Source: the human T2T-CHM13v2.0 reference genome, Homo sapiens
Strand: one strand, 5' to 3'
Assembly: GCF_009914755.1 (NCBI RefSeq)
Contig: NC_060925.1
DNA length: 64,000 nt
Positions 13,182 to 26,400 of the stretch are shown piece by piece (positions within the stretch are counted from its first letter, which is position 1; every line of letters begins with the position of its first letter). The translations under genes and the position numbers were made by a program. The notes under the pieces are model-generated. The model was not told the origin of the DNA. It saw only the letters and a program-made list of their open reading frames with translations, and did not search any database.

Positions 13182-13666
13182 AAATGCCACTATTTTAAAT
13201 GAGTACTAGTGAATGAGGAACAATTGCATTTTAGGAAATGAAAATCATAATTTTTTAAGCATCACGAGGCCTTTTGTGCTATATTGGCTTATAAAAATAT
13301 GGTGGAGGTTTTCAATTTTTCACATTTGTATTATAATTTTTGATGTCTGTCACCTGATGTTTACCTCTATGTTTTTTTTAGAAATCTTTGGATGCTAACT
13401 TATGTAGCATTGGGTACTAAGTTATGAGGTGTTTATCAACTTAATATTTTATTTTGAATTATATTTTACATAGTTTATAAAGTATAGCTTAATAGAAGCT
13501 GCTTGGGTGACACAATTTGATTACTCTCAGTAGAGTGTATGCTTAAGTATTATCTTGTATTTGCAACATAGACAGAATCCTAAAGCTTTAGAATTGAAAA
13601 TATGAAAGGGACCTTGAAGAGTGAGCCTTCTAAGCCCTTCATTTTTCAGTCTTTGAAATTTTTCCA

Positions 13667-13778
13667 TGAGGCAAGAAAATAGCTTGAACCCAGGAGGCGG
13701 AGGTTGCAGTTAGCTGAGATCACGCTACTGCACTCCAGCCTGGACAATAGAGCTAGACTCTGTCTAAAAAAAAAAAAA
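13667..13778 (+). mobile_element. 5'-truncated Alu (right-arm fragment)
   Basis: gcttgaacccaggaggcggaggttgcag ... gactctgtct(A)n. Confidence 0.9.
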
Positions 13779-13940
13779 TTTCTAACTACTCTATTGAGAT
13801 ATGATTGACATATGAAAACAGATAAATATTTAATGTATACAACTTGATGAGTTTGAGGTAAGTATGCACCCATGAAACCATCACTATGATTTCTCCAATA
13901 AACATATCCGTTCCCACTGAAAGTTTCCTCCTACTCTCAA

Positions 13941-14030
13941 TTCTTTCTTTTCTTTTTTCTTTTCTTTTCTTCTTTCTTTCCCTCCCTCCCTTCCTCACTT
14001 CTTTTCTTTTTTCTTTTCTTTTCTTTCTTT

Positions 14031-14096
<66 letters not shown>

Positions 14097-14112
14097 TTTC
14101 TTTCTTTCTTTC
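13941..14112. repeat. (TTTC)n tetranucleotide microsatellite with compound 5' part
   Basis: long perfect TTTC run ~14027-14095 preceded by irregular T/C repeats. Confidence 0.97.
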
Positions 14113-14882
14113 TACTTTTGCAGTAAGAGCACTTAACATAAGATCTACACTCTTGGCAGATTTTTAAGTATACAATACAGTATTAGCTATGGGCACTATG
14201 CCATACAAATCCCTAGGACCTATTTATTTTGCACAACTGAAACTTTGTACCCTTTGACTAATATTTCCCCTTTTCCAACTTCCTCCAACCACTGGCAACC
14301 ACTATTCTATTCTCTGTTGCTATGAGTTTGACTATTTTAGATTCCTTATATAAGTGATATAAATGTAGTATTTGTCCTTCTGTGTCTGGCTTATTTCACT
14401 TAGCATAATGTCCTTCAGGATCATTCATGTGTCAAAATTAGAAGGATTTCTTTCTTTCTTTAAGGCTGAATGATATTCCGTTGTATGTATATACCACATT
14501 GCTTTATCCATTCATCTGTTGATGGACATTTAGCTTGCTTCCATGTCTTGGCTATTGTGAATAATGCTGTAGTGAATACGGAAGTGCAGATATCTCTTTG
14601 AGCTCTTGATTTCAATTCTCATGGATATATACCCAGTTTGCTGATCATACGGTAGTTCCATTATTGTTTTTTTGAGGACCCTCCATACTGTTTTCCATAG
14701 TGTCTGCACCAGTTTACATTGCCACCAGTAGTATACAAGGGTTTCCTTTTCTCTACAGCTTTCCCAACACTTACTGTCTTTTGCTTTTTTGGTAATAGAC
14801 ATCCTAACAGGTATGATATGATATCTTATTGTGATTCTGATTTGCATTTCCCTGATGATTAGTGATGTTGAGCATCTTTTAA

Positions 14883-15323
<441 letters not shown>

Positions 15324-16914
15324 AGTAGGTGTATATTGTTATGGGGTACATGAGATGTTTTGATACAGGCATGCAGTGTGAAATAATCACATCATGGAGA
15401 TGAGGTATCCTTCTCCTCAGGCATTTATCCTTTGTATTACAAACAATCCAGTTACACTCTTTTAGTTATTTTGAAAGGTACAATTAATATTGACTGTAGT
15501 CACCCTGTTGTGCTATCAAATAGTAAATCTTATTCATTCATTCTTTTTTTTTTTTTTTTTTTTTGTACCCATTAACCATCCTCACTCCTGCAGCACCACA
15601 CTACCCTTCCCAGCCTCTGGTAACCATCCTTCTACTCTCTGCTTCCATGAGTTTAATTGTTTTGAATTTTTGTACTCCACAAATAAGTGAGAACATGCAA
15701 TGTTTGTCGTTCTGTAACTCTTTGACCATTTTAAAATCAGGTTATTTATTTACCTTTGCTGTTGATTGTGAGTTCTGTATATATTTTATCAGATACATAG
15801 TTTGCAAATATTTTCTGTCATTCTGTAAGTTGCCTTTTCATTTTGTTATTTGGTTCCTTTGCCTTGCAGAAGCTTTTTAATTTGATGTAATCCTTCTTGT
15901 CTATTTTTGCCTGTTGCCTGTGTCAGTCTCTAAAATATCCTGTATTTTTATAACAGTTACACTGGTATGCTTTAAAACCTTGCTTTTCCAACTTTTTTGC
16001 TCACATGCATCCCAAAATAATGTTGAAAAACTGCATATCTCTTACACTTTTGGCTATCAGCTGGATTTTTCAGGGTAGCTACTTCTTCATTCCCATACAG
16101 CAGTACAATATCTAGATAGGAAATATTATATGGTGTTATGCTTTTATATTTCTTTGTTACATTATTGCAGAACATTGTTATAATGCTCTATCAAAGCTGT
16201 ACTGATAAGGGTACCTTGACCTTTTTGGTGCTGTGGGCCATGAACAAATGATGATAGTAGGTACATTGTTAGTTGTGATCAGAAAGCTTGTCAGTCTTCC
16301 TGATGATCTGTTTAAACAAATATTGCTCATCTTTTGCCTTGTTTTCCTATATTTTCTGTTTTAATGTTAAAGCTGAATAGTAATTTTCAAGATGTTTAGA
16401 GATAGAAATTATAGCATTTTGTCATCATAAAAGCAAAATGAAAAAAATTATTTTTATCTCTTCTGTATCAAGAGTTTGCCACATTAATCTAGAAGCTGTT
16501 GAAAACTACTGTTTACCATAGTCAAGTTATCTTTCTATCCTGGCTTCATTTCTTGGACCTCATAACTTCAAGCAGTACATTTGGGTTTCTCTGAATTTTC
16601 CAATTGTAAGAGTATTAAAAGATATTTTATGAATACTGGAAGATTTTCACAATGTCTTTAATTTCCTGTGCTTTTAATCTTTTTAATACAATAATTTCTG
16701 AAATACTCCATACTTTTGATGAATTTTAAAACTACTGCCACTAAATTTACCTCCACTCAATTATTTTATTAAATTTAAAAAATAAATTTGTAAGTTTGAT
16801 ATGGCTATATAGCCATGCATTCTTGATGATGCATTTGAATGAAAAGGACTCTGAATTGTAAAAACTTGAATGAGGAATTGAAAACATGTTTTAAAATAAC
16901 TTAATTCTCTACAG

Positions 16915-16965
16915 ATGGCCCGTCCTTAAAAGAAACAACAGGACCCAGCAGACAGATTTTACAAG
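16915..16965 (+). CDS. SLC30A7: ZnT7 coding exon (exon 7), 51 nt, phase 1-1
   Basis: ctctacag|AT acceptor, AAG|gtatga donor; (D)GPSLKETTGPSRQILQ(G). Confidence 0.96.
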
Positions 16966-17194
16966 GTATGACAAGCAATTTTTATGTTTCTTAGTTTTTT
17001 GAAACTGCTTTTATAGTTTTGAAGTTTTAGTTGTCTGAAGTTTTCCTTTAAGAAAAATATAAAACATAGTGTTTGTGTTTAGTGTTAGCCTTTCTAGTGA
17101 TTGTTTTTTATATACTATTAGATATATTAGCAGACATTCTTTTAATTGTCACTTGACTGTTTTCTCTGATTTGATAATAAAAGCAAAATATAGA

Positions 17195-17308
17195 GCTGGG
17201 TGCACTTGGCATGTCCCCACAATCCCAGCTACTCAGGAGAATTGCTTGCTTGCGCCCAAGAGTTTGAGACCACCCTGGGGAACATATGAGACTCGTATCT
17301 CAAAAAGA
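17195..17308 (+). mobile_element. Monomeric Alu-like fragment (FLAM/FRAM-type)
   Basis: aatcccagctactcaggag ... gagtttgagaccaccctggg ... tctcaaaaa. Confidence 0.7.
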
Positions 17309-17368
17309 TTCGGAAACTATTCTGCTTGAATATAAGTAATACCCATGCCTGTGACTATAAACATTGTA

Positions 17369-17838
17369 TAGATGCTTCTTGATTTACTGTGGGGTTGTGT
17401 CCTAATAAACCCGTGGTAAATTGAAGATACTGTAGGTTGAAAATGCATTTAATACACCTAACCTACCGAACATCATAGTTTTGCCTTGCCTACCTTAAAT
17501 GTGCTCAGAACACTTGCATTAGCCTACAGTTGGGCAAAATCATCTAACACAAAGCCTATTTTATAATAAAGTGTTGAATATCTCATGTAATTTATTTAAT
17601 ACAGTCCACTGTAGAGTACAGTATCAGTTGTTTACCCTTGTGATTGCTTGGCTGACTGGGAGCTGCCGCCTGCTGTTGCTGCCCAGCATCATGAGAGATG
17701 ATCATAGCACATTATTGCCAGCCCAGGAAAAGATCAAAATTCAAAATTTGAAGTATAGTTTCTACTGAATGCATACTGCTTTCACACCATCATGAAGCCA
17801 AAGTCATAAGTTGATCATTTTAAGTCGAGGACTGTCTG
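17369..17838. mobile_element. Non-autonomous Tigger DNA transposon (MER47B/Tigger5-like)
   Basis: TA on both flanks; imperfect terminal inverted repeats tagatgcttcttgattta / taagtcgaggactgtctg. Confidence 0.85.
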
Positions 17839-20116
17839 TAGGAGTATGTTTGCTTTTACAGGATTATTATGTAGTTTTTCCAAGAATAATATTTAATATG
17901 TTTTTATGTTGTGGGAAAATTTAGAGCTAAAGATTTAATGCAAAGTGAGAACTCCATAATATTTGTAGGCCATCAATAGCTAATACATGTGTAAAATTGT
18001 ATATTACAAAGTTTTACATGCCAGAGAAAATCCTGTCTATGAATTATAGTAATTTTTTTTTGTTTTGTTTTGTTTTTGTGGGTGGGGCGGTAGGTTATTA
18101 ATCAATCTCTGGCTCTGAGTTTCCATTTAGACTTTATTGTCAGGGTTTCCTAATTCCCAGCTATCTACTTGCCTTTATTAACTTTTGACTTCAGTCTGAC
18201 TTTCTGAATGGCTTCTGATCCAATCTCAACTGCACCTATTTGTCTTCACTATTTCTTTATATAACTCTCGTTTTTTATTTTTTCACTGTGAATATATTCC
18301 TTCATACTGAGAAATTTATTTTCAGAAGGCTTAAATGTGTCTTCCAATCACAGGTTTTCCATTTACAAAAGATATGGAATTGTTTTAGAATAACATTTGC
18401 TGAAATAACATATAATCATGCATATATGATGCATCTATATCAAGTACTATAAATTAGCCTTGATAATAAGAATTTAATTTTGAAAGTCATCACAAGTTGG
18501 AGGAAAGGAAGTTAGATTTGCCTTTCTAATTCTCTTTTATATAAGTTATTGTGAAAATAAATTTATATTTTCTGAATATTTATCAATTTATGGTGGCTGA
18601 AGAGCCCAGTAAATAGCTGAAGAACAGAGAAAACTACCTGGCATTAAAAACTTCTTGTAAAATGACCAGGTAGATAGATACTCATACATGAAAAACTTGA
18701 ATTAATTATGTTTTTCAATTATATGCTACATCTTGACTCCTGGCTTACTAAGGTTTTGGGGGGTTAGGTTATCAGTATCCTACCACATCTTCTAAGGCTT
18801 TTAACTTTGTATAAGTTAAACATCCTAGTTTATGTTTCTTTCTTAGTGATTTTTTTCTTAAACAGTTTATGTAGTAAGAAGGCTTTAGGTAGTTTTAATG
18901 ACACTTACTAATAAAACCAGTTTTCAGGTTAGCAAATAAATGGTAGCCAGGGACTTTCCAGTCTAAGGAAAATCAAGAACAAATCATTATTTTCTTACAA
19001 ATCATTATTTTCTTTTTCTTTTCATGTTTAGAGTTATTTTCATTTTTTATTCTACCAAAACACTGATTAAAGAATATAAAGGCTTAAAAGCATGTATCAT
19101 ATATAAGAGTTTGTAGTTAGGGACCTTCAATCTGCTTTGATGTGTATTTTTTTTCCAGTTGTAGTTTTAAAAGTTAAAGTGGCCCCAACATTATTAACCT
19201 ATTTAATTCACTGCTATTTGAAATACGTGATAGGAACCGAATATTTATTCTATAAGTATGTCTGACAAAATTTATTTCTTTTGGAAATATTTTTAAGAAA
19301 GTTGTTCTTAAAGGACTGTTCTTTTTGAAGAACAGTTATAATAATAGAGTTAAACTGTATATAAACGAAAAGTTATATGTAGGTAGTGAGGGATGATTTA
19401 TATTTAATATAATATTTGATATAAATTTCCATCAGTGGCAGATAAAATGAAGTATAATTTTCCAGAACACAAGATTTGATTTGACTCATTAGCAGTCAAT
19501 TTTTAAGTTATTAGAACATTTCTTGAGTTTGTTTGTATTTATATACCTAAAAATAATTACAGTTCACCCTTTATTGTGCAGTGAATACTAAAAAAGAAAA
19601 ATCAAGTATTTCTCAACTACATACATGCTTTTTATGCATTAACTATTTCTTTTCAGATAGGGCAGATGATGGTATTGAATAATGTTCTATTTTTAGCAAG
19701 ACATGATTGAAGTTTAAAAGAATGTTTGTGGTATAGAAATTTTGTATTAAAGATCTAAACGTTGAATAATTTGTCTCAGTTGAGTTTTTTCAGAAAGTAT
19801 TGTACATAAATCTTACTTCTTGACATTTTAAATGGTTTTCTGGGCAACTTTGACTTACTAAATGTTATTATGTCTAAGTTTTTAGAATATCAGTATAACA
19901 TCAGTATCCTACCAATTTAATATTTAATTATTAAAAGTTCAACATGTATTTTATATTTATTTAAAAATATTCAAATCAGTGCCTGCTTTCACGTCACCTC
20001 TGAGTGTAGTATGTAACCAGTTTAGATAGAGCTTTTAGGATAATTAATAAGTGTAACAGGATAAGTGAAATTATGGTTTATGGGAAATTGTAGTCCCAAA
20101 TGGTAATAATTGTAAT

Positions 20117-20134
20117 CACCAGCAGAGGGCTCTG
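20117..20134 (+). promoter_or_regulatory. Candidate CTCF binding site
   Basis: CACCAGCAGAGGGCTCTG closely matches the CTCF core CCASYAGRKGGCRS (one mismatch). Motif only; occupancy unknown. Confidence 0.6.
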
Positions 20135-20503
20135 TATGTACGTATATCTATAGTTAAAAATGTTTTCTTGACCAGTTCTTTTAGCCTAATGCAATTTCCA
20201 TCCCATAACAAATTACTGACTTTTGGACTCCTGTTAGCCAGAGGTGAATGTTCACAAACAATTTTTAAAATCAACTTGCTTCTCTACTTCATTTATATCA
20301 TTAAGAAAAGGTATAAATTACCAGTCAGATATTTCAACCCCTGTTGATTTGAAACAGAAAAAGTGATTTTAATTCATAAATGTACTATTACATGGTTACT
20401 AAATGGTGAATATACATGCTTACTTATTTTTGAAGTTGATATCTAGTTTTTTATATATAAAATTAAGAGTATAGCTCTAGGATATATTCGTATTTTAAAT
20501 TAA

Positions 20504-20680
<177 letters not shown>

Positions 20681-20787
20681 TAAGTGTTATTGTTACTTTC
20701 AAGTATTAAAGTGAGACTGAGAGAGAAATATGTTACTTAAATTATAGGTCTAAAATACAAATAATTATGTTGGTTTTCCTTTGCTTG

Positions 20788-21103
20788 CTTTTTTTTTTTT
20801 TTTTTTTTTGAGACAGAGTCTCGCTCTGTCACCCAGGCTGGAGTGCTGTGGCACTGTCTCGGCTCATAGCCATCTCTGCCTCCTGGGTTGAAGCAATTCT
20901 CCTGCGTCAGCCTCTCAAGTAGCTGGGATTACAGACAACTGCAACCAGCTGTACGTTAGTGCCCAGCTAATTTTTGTATTTTTAATAGAGATGGGGTTTT
21001 ACCATGTTGGCCAGGCTGGTCTCAAACTCTTGACCTCAGGTGATCCACCTGCCTCAGCCTCTGAAAGCGCTGGGATTACAGGCATGAGCCACCGCACCCG
21101 GCC
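20788..21103 (-). mobile_element. Alu (AluS) with a small internal insertion
   Basis: polyT plus Alu reverse complement; extra gctgtacgttag near 20948. Confidence 0.93.
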
Positions 21104-21839
21104 AGATACCCTTTTCATTTTTATATGTTTTCTGTGTTTGCCATGTATTTGTTACCTAGAGTTTGATGTTTCTTTTTGATATTTGGCAGTTAAATTTTTG
21201 GTCATAATTCAAATCAATAGTAATTTTCTTGAATGCAACATTACATCTATAGAGTAAAATAATGGAAATATAAAATATATTCACTATAGTTAGTGTATTA
21301 ATCCTTTGACATCTGCATCTTACATTATTAAATGCAAAGGAATATCAAAGACTCCTCTGCTAGAACCATTTTTATTCATAAAGTCACATTATCATTGTAG
21401 AAGTCTTGTAAAAATGCTACCTGAAATGAATTATGTCCGTCTTCCCATCTGGCTTACAAAATTCTTGAGGAAGCATCTGCCTCGTAGCTCTTTATCTTTC
21501 TATTTCCTACTACAGGGACAATGTATATGGAAAGATAAATGTGTGTAGGTGTATAAATTCTCAATAAATATTTGCTGAATTAGATTGTACAGTTGTTATC
21601 TTTTAAGTTTAACTCATCCTGAGATACATTTTATTATTGGTCTAATTTTTATCATAATGATAAGACATTATGTTCCATTTTAAAGTTATTTAAAAATTTA
21701 CATATACACTGTATATGTCTTGACTGGACTGTTTTTATTTTTTCATTGTGATTTTACTGTCAGGAACTTTTTTGTAATGATAACTAAGATCTGCTAGAGG
21801 CCAGACTCAAGATTTTTATAGCTTGTAGTTTGTTAGAAT

Positions 21840-21842
<3 letters not shown>

Positions 21843-21873
<31 letters not shown>

Positions 21874-22152
21874 AGACGGAGTCTCGCTGTCGCCCAGGCT
21901 GGAGTGCAGTGGCGCAATCTCGGCTCACTGCAGGCTCCGCCCCCTGGGGTTCACGCCATTCTCCTGCCTCAGCCTCCCGAGTAGCTGGGACTACAGGCGC
22001 CCGCCACCTCGCCCGGCTAATTTTTTGTATTTTTAGTAGAGACGGGGTTTCACCGTGTTAGCCAGGATGGTCTCGATCTCCTGACCTCGTGATCCGCCCG
22101 CCTCGGCCTCCCAAAGTGCTGGGATTACAGGCGTGAGCCACCGCGCCCAGCC
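21843..22152 (-). mobile_element. Young AluY (AluYe5-like)
   Basis: 30-nt pure T tract, CpGs almost intact, TSD tagaatagattt; sense-strand diagnostics gggcgaggtggcg, ccccagggggcggagcctgcag, ggcgacagcgagac. Confidence 0.92.
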
Positions 22153-22332
22153 TAGAATAGATTTAATAAAGTATGATGAAATCATAATGTAAGATGAGTC
22201 ATAAATGGAGATTTTTTTTTAAAGTTTCTGCCTAAAAAAATAGGATATACATTTTAAACATACAGATTATTTTTTAATTTTTTCAAATTATTTGAACAGG
22301 GAAATAACTCTGCTATATAAAAGTCTGTTATA

Positions 22333-22636
22333 AGCTCAGCACAGTGCTTTACAACTATAATTCCAGCATTTTGGGAGGCTGAGACAGGAGGATTGTTTGA
22401 GGCCAGGAGTATAAGACCAGCCTGGGCAACATGGTGAAACCATGTTTCTACAAAAAATTTAAAAATTAGCTGGGCATGGTGGTTGTGTACCTATAGTTGC
22501 AGCTACTTGGGATGCTGAGGCCGGAGGATCTCTTGAACCCAGGAGTTTGAGGCTGCAGATAGCTATGATGGTGCCACTGCATTCCAGCCTGGGTGACAGA
22601 GTGAGATCCTGTCTCTATATAAAAAGGAAAATAAAA
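22333..22636 (+). mobile_element. AluJ
   Basis: diverged dimeric Alu with gaggctgcag / agctatgat AluJ-type positions. Confidence 0.9.
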
Positions 22637-23739
22637 GGATTTCGTAAAGTTTGAAATGCCTTTTCTTCTTCTTTGGAAATCTTACTGTACCTTGTTGAAA
22701 TTTCAGCTTAGATGTCCCATATTCTGTGAAATCTGACTTTTGGTAATTTATTCACTGTTACAACTATACCTGTTTATTTGTGCTTTTAGTGTTCACTTAA
22801 CTGCTTCTAATTCTTCTTAGACTAGGATCTTAATATTCACTTTTGTCTCCACTCTTACTATTCTAATTCTGGCTATAATTATGTCTTACCTGGAAAACTG
22901 TAACAATCTCCAGGTTGACCTTTCTGTCTCCCTCTAAACACATCACATTGGCTAAAATTATCTTTTGTTAATAAGGATTATATTACATATAAAAGTATTT
23001 AAATATTTTAATGACTCTTACCCTTAGGATAGGGTCTGAACTCCTTAGCAGGCTTCATGATATATTAACCTTGTTGACCTCTTTGGTCTCTCTCAGTACT
23101 TCTCAATTCATACTTTGCTCTTCAGCCACAGTAAGTTAGTTTTAGTTCCCTGAGTATGTTATCAGCTCTCTGGATTCTGGGCTTTGCTCATATTTCCTCT
23201 ATTCAAAATACTCTTATACTTCATGTCTTTCTTGCCACACCCCCCACCCCTTCCCACCAGCATATGTGTATGTATCACAATTACTCATCCTTCAGATCAG
23301 ATTCAGTTTAAATGGCATTTCTTTGGGAAGCATTTCCTGATTCTCTACCTCCCAGGCTGGGTTGATTGCATGTATAGCACCTTCTACTGTAGTACCCTTT
23401 TCATGGCATTTACTTACCATAGCCTATTTGTTATTGCCCTCAAGCTCCATTAGGGCAAATTGTTTTTTCATTGTTTTAAAGTCAGCACCTAAATCTCCCT
23501 GGCCAAAAAAAAAAAAGAAAAAAAAAATTGGTACACTTTGAATTTGAATCAAAATAAATTTGTGGGTTTTTTTTTTCAACCTCAGAGAATTACTTTAATT
23601 CCAAATTGGGAATTCTTACTTAGTTCTGTTCTCATTCATTTATTCCTCTAGTATAAATAAGTAAACATACACAGACACACAAAGAAAACTTGTTTTACTG
23701 AATATAACACACATGAAGAAAACTGCACAAATCATCTTC

Positions 23740-24700
23740 ACCAAATATTTATTAAGCAGGCCCTCTCACCTACTTAATCGTAGATAAGATCTTCACTGTC
23801 TTGATCCTATAATAGGAGAGTGAGACAATAAACAAATTAATAAATTAGACGGCTCAAATGCCAAATAGTTATTTGTATTGTGTGGATTTAAGATAGGATT
23901 ATATGATAGTGACTGAGTTGCCACTTTAAATTGAGTAGATCTGGAAGACTTCTGAAGAAGAGGCCTTTAACCTGAGATCTTATTGTCGTAAGAAAAGCTT
24001 GTCAGAGGAAGAACATTCTAGTCTAGGTATCAGTTGGTAGAAAAGCCTTGTGGTAAAAGCAGCTTTGATACTGAAAGGAGGCCAGCATGGCTGAAGCATA
24101 GGGAGTAAGAGGAGAGTGGTTTGAGATAAAGTTGGAGAAATAGGCTGGGGAAGACTACCTAGGGTTAGGAGTTTGGATTTTATTCCAAGTGCAATGGGAC
24201 ACAATAAGGATATTTGTTTTAAAAAATGATTTTGGCTGCTGTGTGGATAATAGATTATAAGGGGGCACAAGTGAGAACAGGCAGACCAGCTAGAAGGCTA
24301 TTATTTAAAGTGGACCAGGTGAGAGGCCATGGTGGCTTGGTCTTAGGTACTAACCTTAGAAATGGAGAGACACAGAAAAGTTAGAAAATGCTTTGGGGTA
24401 CAGCTAACAAGATTTGCTTGAGAATATAAATGTGTGGGTCAGGGTTGAGTGAAAGAGGGGAATTAAGGATAGTTTCTAGAGTTTTTAATCTGGGCAACTG
24501 AGTGAATGAGGTGTCATTACTAAAAGAGAGGGGACTGGGAGAAAGGTAATGTTTTTATTTTTAAAGAGGACTGTAGATAAAAAATTCTGTTTTGGATATA
24601 AGTTTGAGATCTCTCAGACATTGATATGGAGAGTTCAAATAGACAAAGAGTGTACAAATAGGCATTCTTGGGAGCAATCAACTGAACAGAAAGGGTTGAA
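23740..24700. mobile_element. L2 LINE fragments
   Basis: L2-like motifs ggagtttggattttattccaagtgcaatggga, tggctgctgtgtgga, ctgggcaactgagtgaatg. Approximate. Confidence 0.7.
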
Positions 24701-25084
24701 AATAGTCCACACCTGGATTTAAAGTCATGGAGTGGTTGGTATTCATCTGGCATTGGAATTCATCTAGCATGAATGCCACAATTCCCACCCCTTCTGTTTT
24801 CCTGGAAGATATCCCTCAGTATGGTACTCCTGCCTGCTAAAACTGATTTAGCGTCAGGGGCCCTTTCAATATAGTGCTTCAAGCAACCACAACCAGTCAA
24901 CTACAGTAGGCTTCCAAGGTAAAACTTATTTGTCATCCTTGTCTAGGTCCTACTGACCTACTTATAAACTTCTCTGTAACTTACATAGATACATAGTTTC
25001 AGGTCATATGATTGGATTTCTTTTTGTTATTGTTAAGCTTTGATATTTTTATTATTTGCTCTTGTTTTTCTGATAACCAAAGTA

Positions 25085-25455
25085 ATACTTTGCATTGCTA
25101 TAAAGATATACCTGAGACTGGGTAGTCTATAAAGAAGAGAGGTTTTATTGGCTCACAGTTCCGTAGGCTTTACAGAAAGCATAGTGCTGGCATCTGCTTA
25201 GCTCCTGGGGAGGCCTCAGGAATCTTACAGTCATGGTGGAAGGTGAAGGCAGAGCAGGCATGTAGCGTGGTGAAAGAGAGAGAGAGAAAAAACAATGACT
25301 AAATCTGGAAATAAGTCACTATTGTGAAGACAGCACCAAGCCATGAGGGATCTGTCCCCATGATCCAAACACCTCCCACCAGGCCCCACCTCCAGCACTG
25401 GGGATTACAATTCAGCATGAGTTTTGGGCAGGCACACATATCTAAACTATATTAA
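25085..25455. mobile_element. MaLR LTR (MST/THE1 group)
   Basis: cctgagactgggta, ggctcacagttcc, aggccccacctccagcactggggattacaattca. Confidence 0.88.
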
Positions 25456-25569
25456 CATTCTTATTGTGAAAATTTTAAACATTACTGAAATGTATAACTT
25501 ACCTATTAAAAGGTTCTCATAAGCCCACCCTTTGAAGGTAACAGAAAAGTTTCATGTATCTTAAAATTC

Positions 25570-26400
25570 AACAAATGTTTTAGTACCCACTCTGTGCCAG
25601 GCAAATAGCCTACCCTCATGGAGCTTACATTTTAATAGGGAGACAGTCAATAAAGCAAACGAACATGCAAATAGATAATGGACTGTCAGTTGGTGACAAA
25701 TGCCATAGAGTAGGCTAAGATGCTATTTTAGAAGGGCTTGGAAAGTCTTCTGCATAGGGTAATATTGGAGCAGAGACTAAATGGTGGAGGAGAGGAATAT
25801 GGGACTGTTCAGAGGAAGAATATCCCTGGTGAGGGAACTTCAAGTATAAACACACTGAGGCAGGAGCATGCCAGATACAAGGATGACAAGAAGGGCAGTG
25901 TAACTGGAGCGCAATGAGCAGGGCAGAGAGTGGTAGATACATGTTTATATATCTGCATCTCTAGAGTTCAGGGAGCAGGTTGGGGTGGAAGATAGAAATT
26001 TGGGTGTCATCAGATTATATATGTTGTTTAAAGCCATATTTAATAGACAGTTTATTCTGAGACCGAGTATTGATAGAGGAGGGGAGGCCTGAGAACTGAG
26101 CCCTGGGGTTGGTCAGGAGGCAGGTGCAACCAAGAAGAGTAAAGTGGAATGACCAGCGAGGTGGGAAGAAAGATACAACCATATGTTGTTTTAGAAGCCT
26201 TGTAAAGAAACCTGTTAAACAGGAAGGACTAATCAACTCTGCTAAATGCTGCTGGGACTAAGAAGAGTGATGAGAATGAAAGCCTGATCAGACAGAGTAG
26301 CTTCGAGAGAGAATGGGAGGGGAGGAAATGGAGATAGCAACTAAGTCAACTCCTTTTCAAAGCCTTTTGCTGTAAAGGGGAGCAGTGTGATTGCCTGGCA
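25570..26400. mobile_element. L2 LINE fragments
   Basis: attcaacaaatg, ctgtgccaggc, ccctcatggagcttacatt; purine-rich L2-like body. Confidence 0.7.

Noticed and set aside
13786-14167. KERK-repeat and FLSF-repeat ORFs
   Set aside because: Translations of the (TTTC)n microsatellite.
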